Below, in pieces: positions 1-15,310 of a DNA stretch of 64,000 nucleotides. Origin of the DNA: Octopus vulgaris (lineage: Eukaryota); NCBI GenBank assembly GCA_951406725.2, contig OX597832.1, positions 23,808,001 to 23,872,000 of the forward strand. The letters run 5' to 3'. A program made the position numbers and the translations under genes. Below the pieces are notes generated by a model. It was given only the letters and a program-made list of their open reading frames with translations, did not search any database and was not told the origin of the DNA. Numbering within the stretch: position 1 is the first letter of the stretch; every line of letters begins with the position of its first letter.

Positions 1-974
1 TCACGGTGCCAAAACGTTCTGGGGACAAAATGCCTGATGTCAAATAAGTCAGCATTGAATCAGCGGCGCTAAATAGAAAGGATCAAAACGGCCATAGCAA
101 AGCATCTCATAACCTCTTCTAGCTTTTGTTCTTTTCTAATGAAAGCATTATTTTTTAAATCGAAAATAAGGCTTTTTTCTTCTGACATGTGTAACTTCAA
201 TGTCATCGTCATCTACAGAGTTACGTCTCTTCTAGAGCACTGATGGATAGCGATGTCAAGATGAGGCGATAAAATTTTGACGATATTGAAGTCACTTAAT
301 GTTCACTCGCTTTTATTATCAATGTTTTAAACAAGCAAATGACTGTTTGGGTGTTGCTCCATCGGCAATGATTTGTTGCTTCTCAAATGCAACCCATTAA
401 TGTTATTTAATATTTCTTTTACAGAAGCGCCCGATCTCATTTTAGCAGAGTTAATTAAACTGCAATTTAACTAGAGGCAAAACGAAATTCTCCGCGTGTG
501 ATATAAGATTTGCGGCTTCCCCCTTAGAATCAGACACATATTCATCCATTACGTAAAATGCTCTATCTATCACCCCTTAGCAAAATTAATATTTCTATCG
601 GCTACTAATACACGTGCTACCCTAAATGAGATAATTCATCTAAAGCCAGTTGCTAGCAAGAAGTTACACCACTGTGTTATTATCCTTTCCTTATGCATGG
701 ACACTAATAACACAATTAATCAGGTAAGTCTCCCTCAGAGAAAGTACAGCTGATTCTTATGGCTTAAAACAATCTGAGGAAAGCTTACAGTAGGAAACTT
801 CAAGTTATGCGCGTTTACACTGTCCGACGCTAACTAGATCTAATAAATATTTCACTGCTAGATATTCGTATATATACATTGAAAGCTTTTGTTTTGTTCG
901 TGAGGAAACCCTCTCTCTCTCCCTCTCTCTCTCTCTCTCTTTGTCTCTCTCACTCTCCCGCTCTCTATATCTCT

Positions 975-1160
975 TTATATACTGAAATTCACAGAAAAAC
1001 AAGACGGAGATACGTGTATGAACCACAAGCAGTTGTATTAGTTTGCCGCTCGGGAAAATGAGACAGCCTTATGTTTCGAGCCTACGCTCTTCAACAGAAA
1101 AGAATAAGAGAAAATAAACAGAGAGAATAAAAAGACGTGTTGATTTAGCGGTCAAATATA
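975..1160 (-). mobile_element. Diverged copy of the 59373-59572 hammerhead-bearing element
   Basis: Shares tttcgagcctacgctcttc and colinear flanks. Its minus-strand motif is TTT-CTGTTGA-A-GAGC(GTAG)GCTC-GAAA-CA-TA-AGG. Confidence 0.65.
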
Positions 1161-1631
1161 TATTTCTTTACTGCCCACAAGGGGCTAAACATAGAGGGGA
1201 CAAACAAGGATAGACAAAGGGATTAAGTTGATTACATCAACCCCAGTGCGTAACTGGTACTTAATTTATCGACCCCGAAAGGTTGAAAGGCAAAGTCAAC
1301 CTCGGCGGAATTTGAACTCAGAACGTAACGACAGACGAAATACCGCTAAGCATTTCGCCCAGCGCGCTAACGCTTCTGCCAGCTCACCGCCTAAATATCG
1401 CGGTCAAATATATGCATATGTATGTGTGACCGTGTTTGTCCCCCAACCATTGCTTGATAACCGATATTGGTGTGTTTATGTCCTCGTAACTTAGCGGTTC
1501 GACAAAAGATAGACCGATAGAATAAGCACTAGGCTTACAAAGAATAAGTCTTGGGGTCCATTCGGGCGACTAAAAGCAGTGCTCCAGCATGGCCGTAGTC
1601 AAATAACTGAAACCAGTAACAGAATAAAAGA

Positions 1632-1680
<49 letters not shown>

Positions 1681-1681
1681 C

Positions 1682-1737
<56 letters not shown>

Positions 1738-2053
1738 GTGAAGGTGCACGGCTCAGTGGTTATGGTGTTGCACTCACGATTGTGAGATCGTGGGTTCGAT
1801 TCCCAGGCCGGGCGTTGCGTTGTGTTCTTGAGCAAAACACTTCATTTCACGTTGCTCTGCGATCATTTCCACATCTGACGTGTGGCACCCGTTTACACCT
1901 GTACAGGTAATGTCGATCTGATGGAGGGAGTGAGCTTATGTCTACAGAAACATTTGATCACTATAAGCAAATCCTCTGTGTGGTTGTTCGGTAAGAAATT
2001 GTCGAACCCTCATAGTCACCTAACGACAGGTGAGTCCATCATATATATGTATA

Positions 2054-2125
<72 letters not shown>

Positions 2126-2932
2126 TATATATACATACAGGATGTGATAGGTAAATTGTCGCCATTTTATATTTTTAATTTCGCGCATGCACATTGTTCG
2201 TTTTTAATTTTGTCGACTACAAAGTATAGTAGGGTCAGACGGGCACTGTCTGTGAAAAAACCAGCACCATAACGCAATGCATATATAATCTAAACACACA
2301 CATGCACATATGTTTATTGGCTAAACTGGCAAAATGACCATTCCTAAATACAACAATATATTTCAGTTTCCGTCTACCAAATCCACTCACAAGTTCCTGG
2401 TCGGCCCGAGGCTATAGTAGGGGACACTTGCCCAAGGTACAACGCGGTGGGACTGAACCCGGAACCATGTAGTTGGGAAGCAATTTTCTTAGCACACAGC
2501 CACACCTGTGCCTGAAATAAGACAATTAACCCCTTCCCAGCCCCTTTTTTTAACACTGAGCCCTTCCAAAGAAATATCTATTTGAGGTAAATCCTTTCTT
2601 TGAGCCTTATTATAAATTGTCTTTTACATTCGTATTTAATTCCTGGAATAGAAAGACGTCCGAAACAAAAGTTCTTCGAAAAGAAAACGAAACCATTTAG
2701 ATACGACCAATATTTTTTTTTGAAATTTATTCATGTTGTTATATTTTTATTTTTATTTCTATAAATGGATGTGAATGTGTGTCTGTGTGTCGGAAGTGGG
2801 GACGGTGCCTGTGTTTGTGTGTCATTGTGTGTGTATGTGAATGTGTATGTGTGTGCACGTGTGTGTTTCTTAATTCTTAGCAATTAAGATATAACTGAAA
2901 ATACAAGAAGCGAATGAAAATAAAAATATTAA

Positions 2933-3114
2933 CATCATCATCATCATTATTATCATCATCATTATTATCATCGTCATTATGATTATAATTATTATTGGTG
3001 TCGTTGTTGTTGTTGTTATTATTATTACTATTATTACTACGATTATTATTATCATTATTATTATTATTATTATTAATATTATTATTATTATTATCATAGT
3101 CATTATTATTATTA

Positions 3115-3161
<47 letters not shown>

Positions 3162-3177
3162 GTCATTATTATTATTA

Positions 3178-3233
<56 letters not shown>
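2933..3233 (+). repeat. (ATT/ATC)n trinucleotide microsatellite
   Basis: Direct inspection. Confidence 0.95.
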
Positions 3234-3454
3234 GATACAAAAGAATAGATTCAGATAAGATAGAAGCAAAATGGCCGTATAATTATGTGATATATTAGTT
3301 AAATGGTCGTTGACAACCCCTTTTCTCCTCTTCCACCTCTCTTTCTGTCTGTCTCTCTCTCTCTGTCTCTCTCTCTCTCTTACACACATACATGCACGCA
3401 CGCACGCACACACGCGCGCGCGTACATACATACATACATACATACATACATACA

Positions 3455-3486
<32 letters not shown>

Positions 3487-3591
3487 CACGCATTTACACA
3501 AATTGAACAGAAACGGCTGAGAGTAACGAACAATAGATAAATGGGGGTTAAAAAAAAGAGCAAGGGAGATAATGAGTTTAGAATAATATGC

Positions 3592-3873
3592 AGAGAGAGA
3601 TAGGGGAGAGAGGGAGAGAGAGTGGGGGAGAGTGAGAGAACTTGGAAGGGAGAGAGATAGAAAGATAGGGAAAAGGAAAGCGAAACAGAAAGAACAAGAA
3701 AGAGAAAGAAAGGAGAGAGGGAGGGAAGAAAGTAAGAAAGAAACAAACAAAGGAAGAAATGAAGAAAGAAGACGAGGAAGAAAGAAAATGAGAAAGAAGG
3801 AAGGAAGAGAGAGGGAGAGAGGGAGAGAAAAGAAAGAAAGAAATGGAGAAAGGACGGAAAGAAGGAAGGAAAT

Positions 3874-3933
<60 letters not shown>

Positions 3934-3986
3934 AGAAAGAAAGAAGACGGAAAGAAAGAAAGAATGGAAGGAAGGAAGGAAGACAG

Positions 3987-4017
<31 letters not shown>

Positions 4018-4172
4018 AATAGAAGAAGGAAGGAAGGAAAAAGAAAGAAAGAAAAAAGAAAGAAAAAAGAGAGAAAGAAAGAAAAAAAGAAAAGAAACAA
4101 AGAAAAAAGGGAGAAAGAAAAAGAGAGAAAGAAAGAAGGAAAGAAAAGAAAGAAACAAAAAAGAAAGAAACA

Positions 4173-4228
<56 letters not shown>

Positions 4229-4310
4229 AATGGAGGAGAAAGAAAGAATGAAAGGATGAAAACGAGAAAAAAGGAGGGAAGACGAGGGAGAAAGAAATGA
4301 AAGAAAAAGC
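3592..4310 (+). repeat. Polypurine (AAAG/AG)n tract
   Basis: About 700 bp, almost entirely A/G. Confidence 0.95.
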
Positions 4311-5355
4311 ACGTGAAAATTTATAATCTTTATACTTTTTCGTTTTCTTTTTTAAAGATATTTTTTTCCGCTGTCATTTTGAAAGAAAGCATCAATTTCT
4401 ATAAAAATTAATGTTTATCCTCTTTAAAGGGGAAGGAAGCAAAAATTAATATCCCCCCCACACACACACACACATACACATACGCCCGCTGAAAAAAAAA
4501 AAGGGATTTTATAAAACGCTGTAGAAACAGAGACAATTGAAAAAGCAATTTTTCTTCCTTAAATAATAAATAATAAAAGGCAAAGATTTGAAATGTTAAA
4601 TCGTTCTTCCCATAACGTGTGTCTTCATTCTTCTTTTTTTTTCTTCCAATTACAATTAATAATATATTCTCTGCTATTCTATTTTCTTATTCTAATTTTT
4701 TCTTCTTCTTTCTCTCTATTTTCGTTAAACCTCAACAATTGCTATTCAAAAAATTTATATCTCTTTTTATTCTTATTTAAATCTACGAAAATATCTTATA
4801 ATACAACGTTATTCTTCTTTTTGCATCATTTATTAACTTAATTTCTGATACAGTATCAAAATCTTTCGCTAATTCTTAATTTTTGTACGGCATTTTTTGT
4901 CGATGTCTTCATTTTCTTTTCTTAATCATTTTCTTTTTGTACTTTTTTTTTTTAGGGAGTGTTTGGCGGCTGAAAGAAGTTTGGGGCGAAATTGACAAAG
5001 ATTCCAACCATTGTATTGTGAATAATCTTCCATATTAAATGATCGCATACTGTTAAAAATCTTTTTCATTCAAATCATAAGCTAAAAAAATATCCGGTCA
5101 GGGAAAATTTCTCATTTTCCCTTTGTCAGCCTCAAATTTTTTTCTTCAGTTTTCATATTTCCAGCATTCATTCATAAACGAATAATATTTTGTCTCATAG
5201 AGTTACTTGAAATGGGCTCTTTTCAAATTCCTTATTTTATCAGATTGAAAAATGAATTCTTGCAGAGACCTTAATTAAGTATTTCTCCTTAGTTTGTAAG
5301 GGCTTTCCTGTAAGGAAGAGCGGCGGGGGAAGATATTTTTTTCCATTTTCCATTT

Positions 5356-5416
<61 letters not shown>

Positions 5417-5914
5417 ACACGCTATAATTACATCTTTCAGTAGCAGTTATCTTATTAGATCTTACTGAATAATTTTTCGCTTTTTACTCGTTCAAAATGT
5501 GTTTATGTACATGCCTGCATGCATAACACATATATAACATACATACACACATAATATATATATATATATCCCCATACATACATGTATATATAAATATATA
5601 TATATCCATACATACATGTATATATAAATATATACACATGTATATATATATATATATATTTATATATACACATGTATATATATATATATATTTATATATA
5701 CACATGTATATATATGTATATATTTATATATATCCAAACATACATGATAATATAAATATATACACATGTAGTGGTGGTGATGATGATGATGATGATGATG
5801 ATGATGACGACGACGACGACGACGCTAATGACAACGAGGATGGTGATGATGACGTCGTAGTACCACCAGCTGTTTCTAACATCCGGTTTCTATTACGATA
5901 CCCTAGATACACTA

Positions 5915-6134
5915 CGAGAGGGTTGTGAAAAGTTCCTAGCTTTAAGGGTATCACGATAGGCCTCGTTGGAGGTCCAACCTTCCGAGTTCTTTTACAGGGC
6001 TTAGAAAAACTGAAGGACCATTTGCAATAAGTGTGTAGATCAGAGAAGGGAACAGGTTGAATAAAATCATAATTTACTGAACCCCCTGTATTTTCTTTTA
6101 CCCAAAACAAGGAACTTTTTAGCAACGCCTCTCA
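5915..6134 (+). mobile_element. Mariner-derived MITE
   Basis: TA-flanked imperfect TIRs containing AAAAGTTCCT/AGGAACTTTT. Carries a remnant of the mariner C-terminus (GLEKL...NKCVDQR.EQVE-stop). Confidence 0.7.
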
Positions 6135-6274
6135 TATCTGACTGAGGGATAAATATCAACACGCTTTATATTTTTAATTACTTTTTTTGCGACGGAATCT
6201 TTACATTAAAGAATGGAACATAAATTTTCCTTTAATTCAAACCACTTCATGGTTCCAGCAGACAAAATGGAAAA

Positions 6275-6688
6275 GTGTCGCCCGCAAGATGGCAAGAGAA
6301 ATACGCGGCGAGCTGGCAGAAACGTTAGCGCACCGGGCGAAATGCTCAGCAGTATTTCGTCTGTCGATACGTTCTGAGTTCAAATTCCGTCGAGGTCGAC
6401 TTTGCCTTTCATCCTTTCGGGGTCGATTAAATAAGTACCAGGTACGCACTGGGATGGATATAATCGATTTAATCTGTTTGTTTGTCCTTGTTTGTCCCCT
6501 CTGTGTGTAGCCCAATGTGGGCAGTAAAGAAATAAGAAATACGCTGGAAGAGCAACTCTGGCCCACGGGGGCTAGCACTTGCGGAAAGCCATCTCCGCCC
6601 TGATATCGGAGGGTCGAGAACGCCGGAGGTCCCAACTGCCACAGGCTCGACCATAAACCTGTCAGAGAGTGACCGATACTTTGACATA
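6275..6688 (-). mobile_element. CRE-like (restriction-like endonuclease) non-LTR retrotransposon C-terminal fragment, split by a SINE
   Basis: Reads KYRSLSDRFMVEPVAVGTSGVL...ELLFQRIS, and continues LAILR once the SINE at 6307-6534 (TSD AGAAATACGC) is removed. Resembles the KY...P.AVET.G..G...QRISIA..RGN motif. Confidence 0.6.
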
Positions 6689-6689
6689 A

Positions 6690-6914
6690 GGCGGCGAGCT
6701 GGCAGAAACGTTACCACGCCGGACGAAATGCGTAGCCGTATTTCGTCCGCCGTTACATTCTGAGTTCAAATTCCGCCGAGGTCGACTTTGCCTTTTATCC
6801 TTTCGGGGTCGAAAAATTAAGTACCAGTTAAGCACTGGGGTTGATGTAATCGACTTAATCCCTTTGTGTCTTTGTCCCCTCTATGTTTAGCCCCTTGTGG
6901 GCAATAAAGAAATA
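6690..6914 (+). mobile_element. tRNA-derived SINE family A (GGCGGCGAGCTGGCAG head, Nin/Deu-like GCCTTTCATCCTTTCGGGGTCGA core), representative copy
   Basis: A/B-box-like head (TGGCAGAA..GTTAG; GAGTTCAAATTCC) and TSD GATACTTTGACA. Other copies at about 1163-1392(-), 6307-6534, 15932-16166(-), 20180-20358(-), 22470-22804, 25567-26135, 26149-26365, 33290-33885, 43800-44960(-) and 53223-53432(-). Confidence 0.88.
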
Positions 6915-7295
6915 GATACTTTGACAAAAGATGATGATGAAGATGATGAAACTTGACTTCGACCAGGTTTGAACTCAGAACCTAAGGAACATGAACAAAA
7001 TCCGTAAAACCTTTTATCCGGCGCTCAAGCGATTCTACCGATTCACTGTTCTTATCCAAGGTCAAGTAATTATATATCGCAATAAATTTATGTCGCCGAA
7101 ATTTTGATTAATTAGAAAACACCAAAGTACATCAATTAAGAAATCAAACTTGTTTTCTTTCTTTTCTTTTTTTTTCCTGCCGTTATCAATTTAGAAATAT
7201 TCGCAGACATTATAATTAATTTAAATAAAGAGAATTTTAACGGGGAAGCTTTCACACCAAATCACTTTCAAAATATAGCAGAATAAGACGGTAAG

Positions 7296-7311
7296 TACAT
7301 ACATACATACA

Positions 7312-7345
<34 letters not shown>

Positions 7346-7507
7346 CATGCATACATATATGCATGCATACATACATACATACATATATACATACATACAT
7401 ACATACATACATACATACATACATACATACATACATACGTACATACATACATACATACATATATACATACATACATATATACATACATACATACATATAT
7501 ACATACA

Positions 7508-7541
<34 letters not shown>

Positions 7542-7601
7542 CATACATACATACATACATACATGCATGCATATATACATACATATATATACATACATAC
7601 A

Positions 7602-7635
<34 letters not shown>

Positions 7636-7681
7636 CATACGTACGTACGTTCATACGTTCATACATACATACATACATACA

Positions 7682-7712
<31 letters not shown>

Positions 7713-7916
7713 TTACATACATACATACATACATACACACACACATACATACATACATACATACATACATACATACATACATACATACATACATACATAC
7801 ATACATACACACATAATACATATACACACACATACATACATACATACATACATACGTACGTACGTACGTACGTACGTTCATACATACATACATACATACA
7901 TACATACATACATACA

Positions 7917-7950
<34 letters not shown>

Positions 7951-8005
7951 CATACATACATATATACGTACATACATACATACATGCATACATACATACA
8001 TACAT
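7296..8005 (+). repeat. (CATA)n microsatellite
   Basis: Direct inspection. Confidence 0.95.
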
Positions 8006-8199
8006 ATGTGTTTGTGAATGTGTGTGCATATAAGTATGTTTCTGTGAATTTGTGCGTATGTATGAATATACATATGTAAACATGTATGTATGTACGTCAT
8101 TATTCAGTTTTATTTAAAGATTTCTTGCCAATAGAGAAAGAGCTGGTTTCTAACCTAGATCCAAGGCCTTTTCATTGGAATTTCAACATCAACAGCAGA

Positions 8200-8610
8200 G
8201 TATGTATGTATGTATGTATGTATGTATGTATGTATGCATGTATGTATGTATGTATGTATGTATGTATGTATGTATGTATGCATGTATGTATGTATGTATG
8301 TATGTGTGTATGTATGTGTGTATGTATGTATGTATGTATGTATGTATGCATGTATGTATGTATGTATGTGTGTATGTATGTATGTATGTGTGTATGTATG
8401 TATGTATGTATGTATGTATGTATGTATGTATGTATGTATGTATGTGTGTATGTATGTATGTATGTGTGTGTGTATGTATGTATGTATGTATGTGTGTATG
8501 TATGTATGTATGTATGTATGTATGTATGCATGTATGTATGTATGTATGTATGCATGTATGTATGCATGTATGTATGTATGTGTGTATGTATGTATGTATG
8601 TATGTATGTA

Positions 8611-8652
<42 letters not shown>

Positions 8653-9123
8653 CAAATTTGTATATAGTTGCACATCCAGACATGCTCATATATATTTAAA
8701 TGATAAACTTCTGAAAAGTTTTACAGATTTTTAGTTCCAGTGATGTATGTACGTATGTATGTATGTTTTATGTATGTATATATGTATGTACATACGTATG
8801 TATGTATGTATGAATGTATGTATATATATATGTACATACGTATGTATGTATGCATATATGTATGTATGTATGTATGCATGTATGTATGTATGTATGTACG
8901 TACTATGTATGTATGTAAGTATGTATGCATATATGTATGTATGTATGCATGCATGTATGTATGTATGTATGTATGTATGTATGTATGTACGTACTATGTA
9001 TGTATGTATGTATGTATGCATGTATTATTTATGTATATATGTATGTACATACGTATGTATGTATGTATGTATGCATGTATGTATGTACGTACTATGTATG
9101 TATGTATATGTGTATGTACGTAC

Positions 9124-9152
<29 letters not shown>
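8200..9152 (+). repeat. (TATG)n microsatellite tracts, inverted relative to 7296-8005
   Basis: Direct inspection. Two tracts separated by ~90 bp of unique sequence. Confidence 0.95.
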
Positions 9153-9154
<2 letters not shown>

Positions 9155-9373
9155 TTCAAATTACTTACTGACAGCCTTCTTGATTAACATATTGTTAGAA
9201 TAAGTCATATGACTTTTGGACAAAGAGTAAAGTAATATAATTTAACCCATGTTTTTTTTTATTTTTTGGTTCATTTTTAGGAATAATTTAGTTTAATGTA
9301 AATATAAGTATTTTCAATGTCCAACTGATTAGCTCTTAGTATGAATATATCTATTCATACATATATACATACA

Positions 9374-9445
<72 letters not shown>

Positions 9446-9447
9446 CG

Positions 9448-9504
<57 letters not shown>

Positions 9505-10837
9505 GCATACAAAATAGACAGCTTTATTTTGAGATTACTAGTGTTAACAATACTCTCAAAAAATACAGACAGGAGTTGTAGTGCTCCAAATTAGCTATAT
9601 TTCACTTCTTAATTTGAACAAAGGCAATGCCAGCGGAAACTAGAGGAAGATGATTAAGATCTGTACTCAAAGACCAAATAGATACATATGTTCGTATATT
9701 CTTCTACATTAACAAAACGGATATAAAGATATAAAATATATATATAAATAGATATAAGTCGGTGTTATACACAAAACACGGTGAATTTACATTTTAAAAG
9801 TTATAAAATATTGGTATAATTAAAAATTTGGGATGATGAAACATTAAAAGGACGTATTAAAAGCCTCCGAAAAATAATGCAAAAATGTAAAAATTTAGAG
9901 TTCCATCTACGGACCGTTTCAGAGACGGGCCAAGTAATATGATATATTTCATATTATCAAAACTGACACTCCCCTCACCAGGATGTTTTTTACACTCACT
10001 ATACAAAAACAGATACAAAAATGCTAATATACAATTACATACCAGCCATTTGTAATCTGTTACATACATACAGAAAATTTTCTGGCTATGTACATATGTA
10101 TGCAAGCACCTATACGATTATTTACATACACTCTGTAGTGTTTTTTAGTGCGTTTATTTTGCCATTACATACCAATCTCAGGTTCCATTTATATATCACA
10201 TTGACCAATACTCTGTGGCTTTTCCCTTCAAGCTTATCGTCTGCCATTCATTTCCTCTCTTCCTCTCTTCTTTCATTTTGACTTTCTCACACCCCTCTCT
10301 CCCTACCTCTCTCTCTCACACACACACAACCTCTCTCACACCACCTCCCTCGCCACTCATCTGCCATACCACCACCATTCTTTATATCCAATTACTGCAT
10401 ATCATCTCTCATTTACCGACTGCAGTCCTACTCATCTCAGGCTTCCACACTCAATTCTCCGCTGAAGAACAAAAGTCCGAAACGTTACACTTTTCATTGA
10501 TCACCCGAACCAAATTTATCTACGTTTCTACATTCAACGAATTCTTTTTACTGCAATCATTTGTCCTCTCTCTATCTCTCTATCCCTCTCTCTTTCTTTC
10601 TCATTCTCTCTTTCTCTCTTTTTCTCTCTCTTTCTCTTTCACTCTCTTTCTCTTTCTCTCTCTCTCTCTCGCTTTCTCTCTCCCTCTATCTGTCTACGTA
10701 TCTACCTATCTATCATTCTATATGTCTATCTTTATCTCTCTCTCTCTCTCTCCCTCTCTCTCTCGCTTCCTCTCTCCTTCTATCTGTCTATGTATCCATC
10801 TAGCTATCAATCTATCTATCACTCTATATGTTTATTT

Positions 10838-10918
<81 letters not shown>

Positions 10919-11159
10919 CCTATCTACCTATCTATCTATCTATCTATCTGTGGTGCATGTTTTCTTAAAAAGAGAAACTAGTAAGTTATCTCGCCACCCA
11001 ATATTTATTCACAAATAAATCCATATATCACTCAAATCATTTTCGGTTGTCAGTTCCAGTAAAGAATCGTCCTGAGCTGTCACTGCGCTGCAAAGATAGG
11101 CTTCACACATCTCAAGATTGCTTACAGCTTGTAAGCATCCTTGTGTGTACATGTATATG

Positions 11160-11273
<114 letters not shown>

Positions 11274-11445
11274 TATATATATACATACATATATACATAT
11301 ATATACATATATATATATATATACACATATATATAAATATATATATACATATTTATATACATATTTATATACATGTATATATGTATGTATATATATATAT
11401 ATATACATATATATGTATAAATATATATATATGCATATACATACG

Positions 11446-11476
<31 letters not shown>

Positions 11477-11554
11477 GCAAATATGTGTGTACTTTATATA
11501 TGTGTGTACATTATATATGTGTGTGTGTGTATATACATACATAATATTCGTATA

Positions 11555-12803
11555 CAGGGTGCGTAAGATATATATAAGAACAGATTTATGTTTATAAAAA
11601 CACAGATATATAATAACAGATAATAACTGTATTTATCAAAACATGTTATGAGGATAAAAATAAACCTTCTTTTCTATAATGTTATGCAATAAGAGCAGCC
11701 TTCAGCTTCAACAACTGCTTCTATATGAGATCTAAATCATCTACATGTTCGATTCAAGTGGTCCTGGTTCATTTTGGACATTACTCTGACTATGGCAGCT
11801 TTCAAAGAATCTTTGGTGTTATGGGCATGTTCATTGACCTCTCTCTCTCTCAACAACGCTCCGCATGTAATAGTCCAATGAATTGAGATCTTGGGAATTA
11901 AGAGGCCAATTGTTAGAGGTTATGTGATCATAAATATTTTCAACCATCCATTCCTGTGTTACTAAAGCCATGTGTGATAGTGCAGAGTCTTACTGAAACA
12001 CATACGGCCTTCCATTGCATACACTGTCTATCCAGAGCTTGACAATTATTTCCAGGACCTCTAAGGCCTTGTGGAAAGAGGTAAGGAGGCATCACATGTC
12101 CTTCATTGCTGACAAACCTTAAAACCATGACAGTTGCAGGAAATTTTGTAAGCATAACACTTGGGACTTCAGAAAGGTCTTCACATTACAATCTATCATT
12201 TCTTCTGTTAACTTCTTGATTTTGGTCGAAGTTTTTCTCATTTCAGAAAAACCAAATCAAATCTTCTTCTACTGGATTTTTCAGTTTGTTTAAGAGCCTT
12301 TCAGATCTGATGTAGTGATTTTCTTTTGTTTTTTCGGACAAACTGACCTTTCCTCGTCATATAAAACATATTTGATGTCTTCGTGGACAACATTTCTGAC
12401 TGTTCCTTCTGACACATGGAGATCTTTTTCAATTGACTTCATGGAGTTTCTAGGATTGAAATCAATGGCCTGTTGAATTTGCTGAATAAATTTAGGTGTT
12501 CTGATGATTTCAGAGCGTTTAGAATGCTTTTTATGCTTTGATACTGGTGATACGTTTCCATCTTCAGTCTCTAACTCCTTACAAATTTTGTAGACGAAAG
12601 ATCTTGCAACATTTAAAAATCCAGATATTTCTAAATCGCTATGCTCAGCCTTTATAACCACAATAAGAGCATACATTTTCACTTCCTGAGTAAGCTGAGG
12701 GTCTGCCATTATTATTTTCTGAAACAAAGATTATACAGAGTTAGCAAAAAATGCAGCTGTGACCCATTAAATTGTTACGTCCTCAAATACCATACGCACC
12801 CTG
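11555..12803 (-). mobile_element. Decayed Tc1/mariner (maT/DD37D-like) DNA transposon
   Basis: TA-flanked TIRs CAGGGTGCGTA / TACGCACCCTG. Frameshifted transposase: HTH region (ORF 12290-12727), TKFPATVMVL..VSNEGHVMPP, and a WP.NS.DLN.LDY-like motif. Confidence 0.88.
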
Positions 12804-13016
12804 TATAAGGGAGAAGACATTACTATAATGATGGAATATTTAAATGATAATATATAGGCGCAGGAGTGGCTGTGCGATAAGTAGCTTGCTTACCAACTAC
12901 ATGGTTTGGGGTTCAGTCCCGCTGTGTGGCACCTTGGGCAAGTGTCTTCGACCAAAGCCTTGTGAGTGGATTTAGTAGACGGAAACTGAAAGAAGCCCAT
13001 CGTATATGGTCTGTGT

Positions 13017-13052
<36 letters not shown>

Positions 13053-13309
13053 GTGTGTCTGTGTCTGTTCCCCAACATCGCTTGACAACCGATGCTGGTG
13101 TGTTTACGTCCCCGTAACTTAGCGGTTCGGCAAAAGAGACCAATAGAATAAGTACTAGGCTTAAAAAAGAATAAGTCCTGGGATCGATTTGTTCGACTAA
13201 AGGCGGTACTCCAGCATGGCCGCAGTCAAATGTCTGAAACAATTAAAAGAATAAAAGAATATATACCATGCATATATTTTAATGCGAATATTACGCATAA
13301 TATATTTGG

Positions 13310-13372
<63 letters not shown>

Positions 13373-13767
13373 TGTATGTATGTATGTATGTATGTGATAA
13401 AACATACAGGAAAGATCGAAATTGCTGCGACATGTGTCTTGCAGAGAAATTTTACATAATTGCATTATTCAATTTCAAATATACTTACATAATTCAATTC
13501 TCTCAGAACTTATACTGAATTATTTTAGAAAAGTAGTAGGAACGAATTTTCAATTTCTTTCGATAAATCTTTTATTTCAGAGAATTTATGACGGCCTTCC
13601 ATGTCGGTTCTTCTTCCTTTTGCGTTCAAATTTCATTTAGGTCACCCTTCGACTTTTGCCGCCACTAGAGCTTGAGATAATGATCTCTAAGCTTGAAATT
13701 TTGACATATAACTATACATACATACATAAATATATTCATATATATATAGATATGTATATATATATAC

Positions 13768-13798
<31 letters not shown>

Positions 13799-14226
13799 CA
13801 TTTATATATTTATATATATATATAAACATACACACACACACATATATATATACATTTATATATATATATATATATTATATATATATATAAAATAATTTAA
13901 AAGAGATATAGACAGTACATAACATAGGACAAAGCCATCTGAATATAGGGACAGGGCAGGGTGGTGGGGGTGTTATATTTAGCCCCAGGCGAACATCGAC
14001 GTCATAGACACCGTATATACACACATATATATATATTTATATATATATATATATATATAAACATACACACACACACACATATATTGGATATATGTATGCA
14101 TGCAGGTATATTGCAACACCGAACAATATATATTGGTGTGTTCGAGTGTCTACGTAAATAAATATAGATGTTATATGTATATATAAAGCTTTTATTTTAA
14201 TATATTCATATATATATATATATACC

Positions 14227-14257
<31 letters not shown>

Positions 14258-14307
14258 GTATATAGATATATAGATATATAGATATATATGTATATAGATA
14301 CACACAC

Positions 14308-14417
<110 letters not shown>

Positions 14418-14983
14418 TCTGATCTACAATGTAATGAAACTACGTACTATAAACACATTGATAAATATATTCACAAATAAATACAACTCTGGTGCTTCGT
14501 AGTCTCAACCTTTTCTCGCCGCGATACGAAATTTCAATATTAAAATTATAAATAAAAGAATGGAATAATGATGAATGTCTTCGAATGTAGAAGAATTAGA
14601 TTGTTGCCATTCCAATTTACATTATCACTTATGTCTAGAATATTCTAATGTTTTCTTCATATCTATTGTTCAAATATTCTCAAAGGATCTAGATTTATTT
14701 AGTATATATATATATATTTATTTATTTATACACACACACACAATATATATATATATTTATTTATTTATTTATATATATATTTTATTTATTTATTTATACA
14801 CACATATATGTATATATACATACATATACATATATATATATATATGCATATATATATGTATATATATATATAGAGAGAGAGAGGGGAGAGAGAGAGAGAG
14901 ACGTATATATTTATACACATATAAACATATACTCATATGTGTACATAGGCATGTATAGATATATACATATATATATATATGTA

Positions 14984-15052
<69 letters not shown>

Positions 15053-15121
15053 CATACATATATGCATATATAAATATGTATTTGTATACATATATTTACA
15101 CATAAGTGATGTAAATGACAG

Positions 15122-15179
<58 letters not shown>

Positions 15180-15183
15180 TATA

Positions 15184-15310
<127 letters not shown>

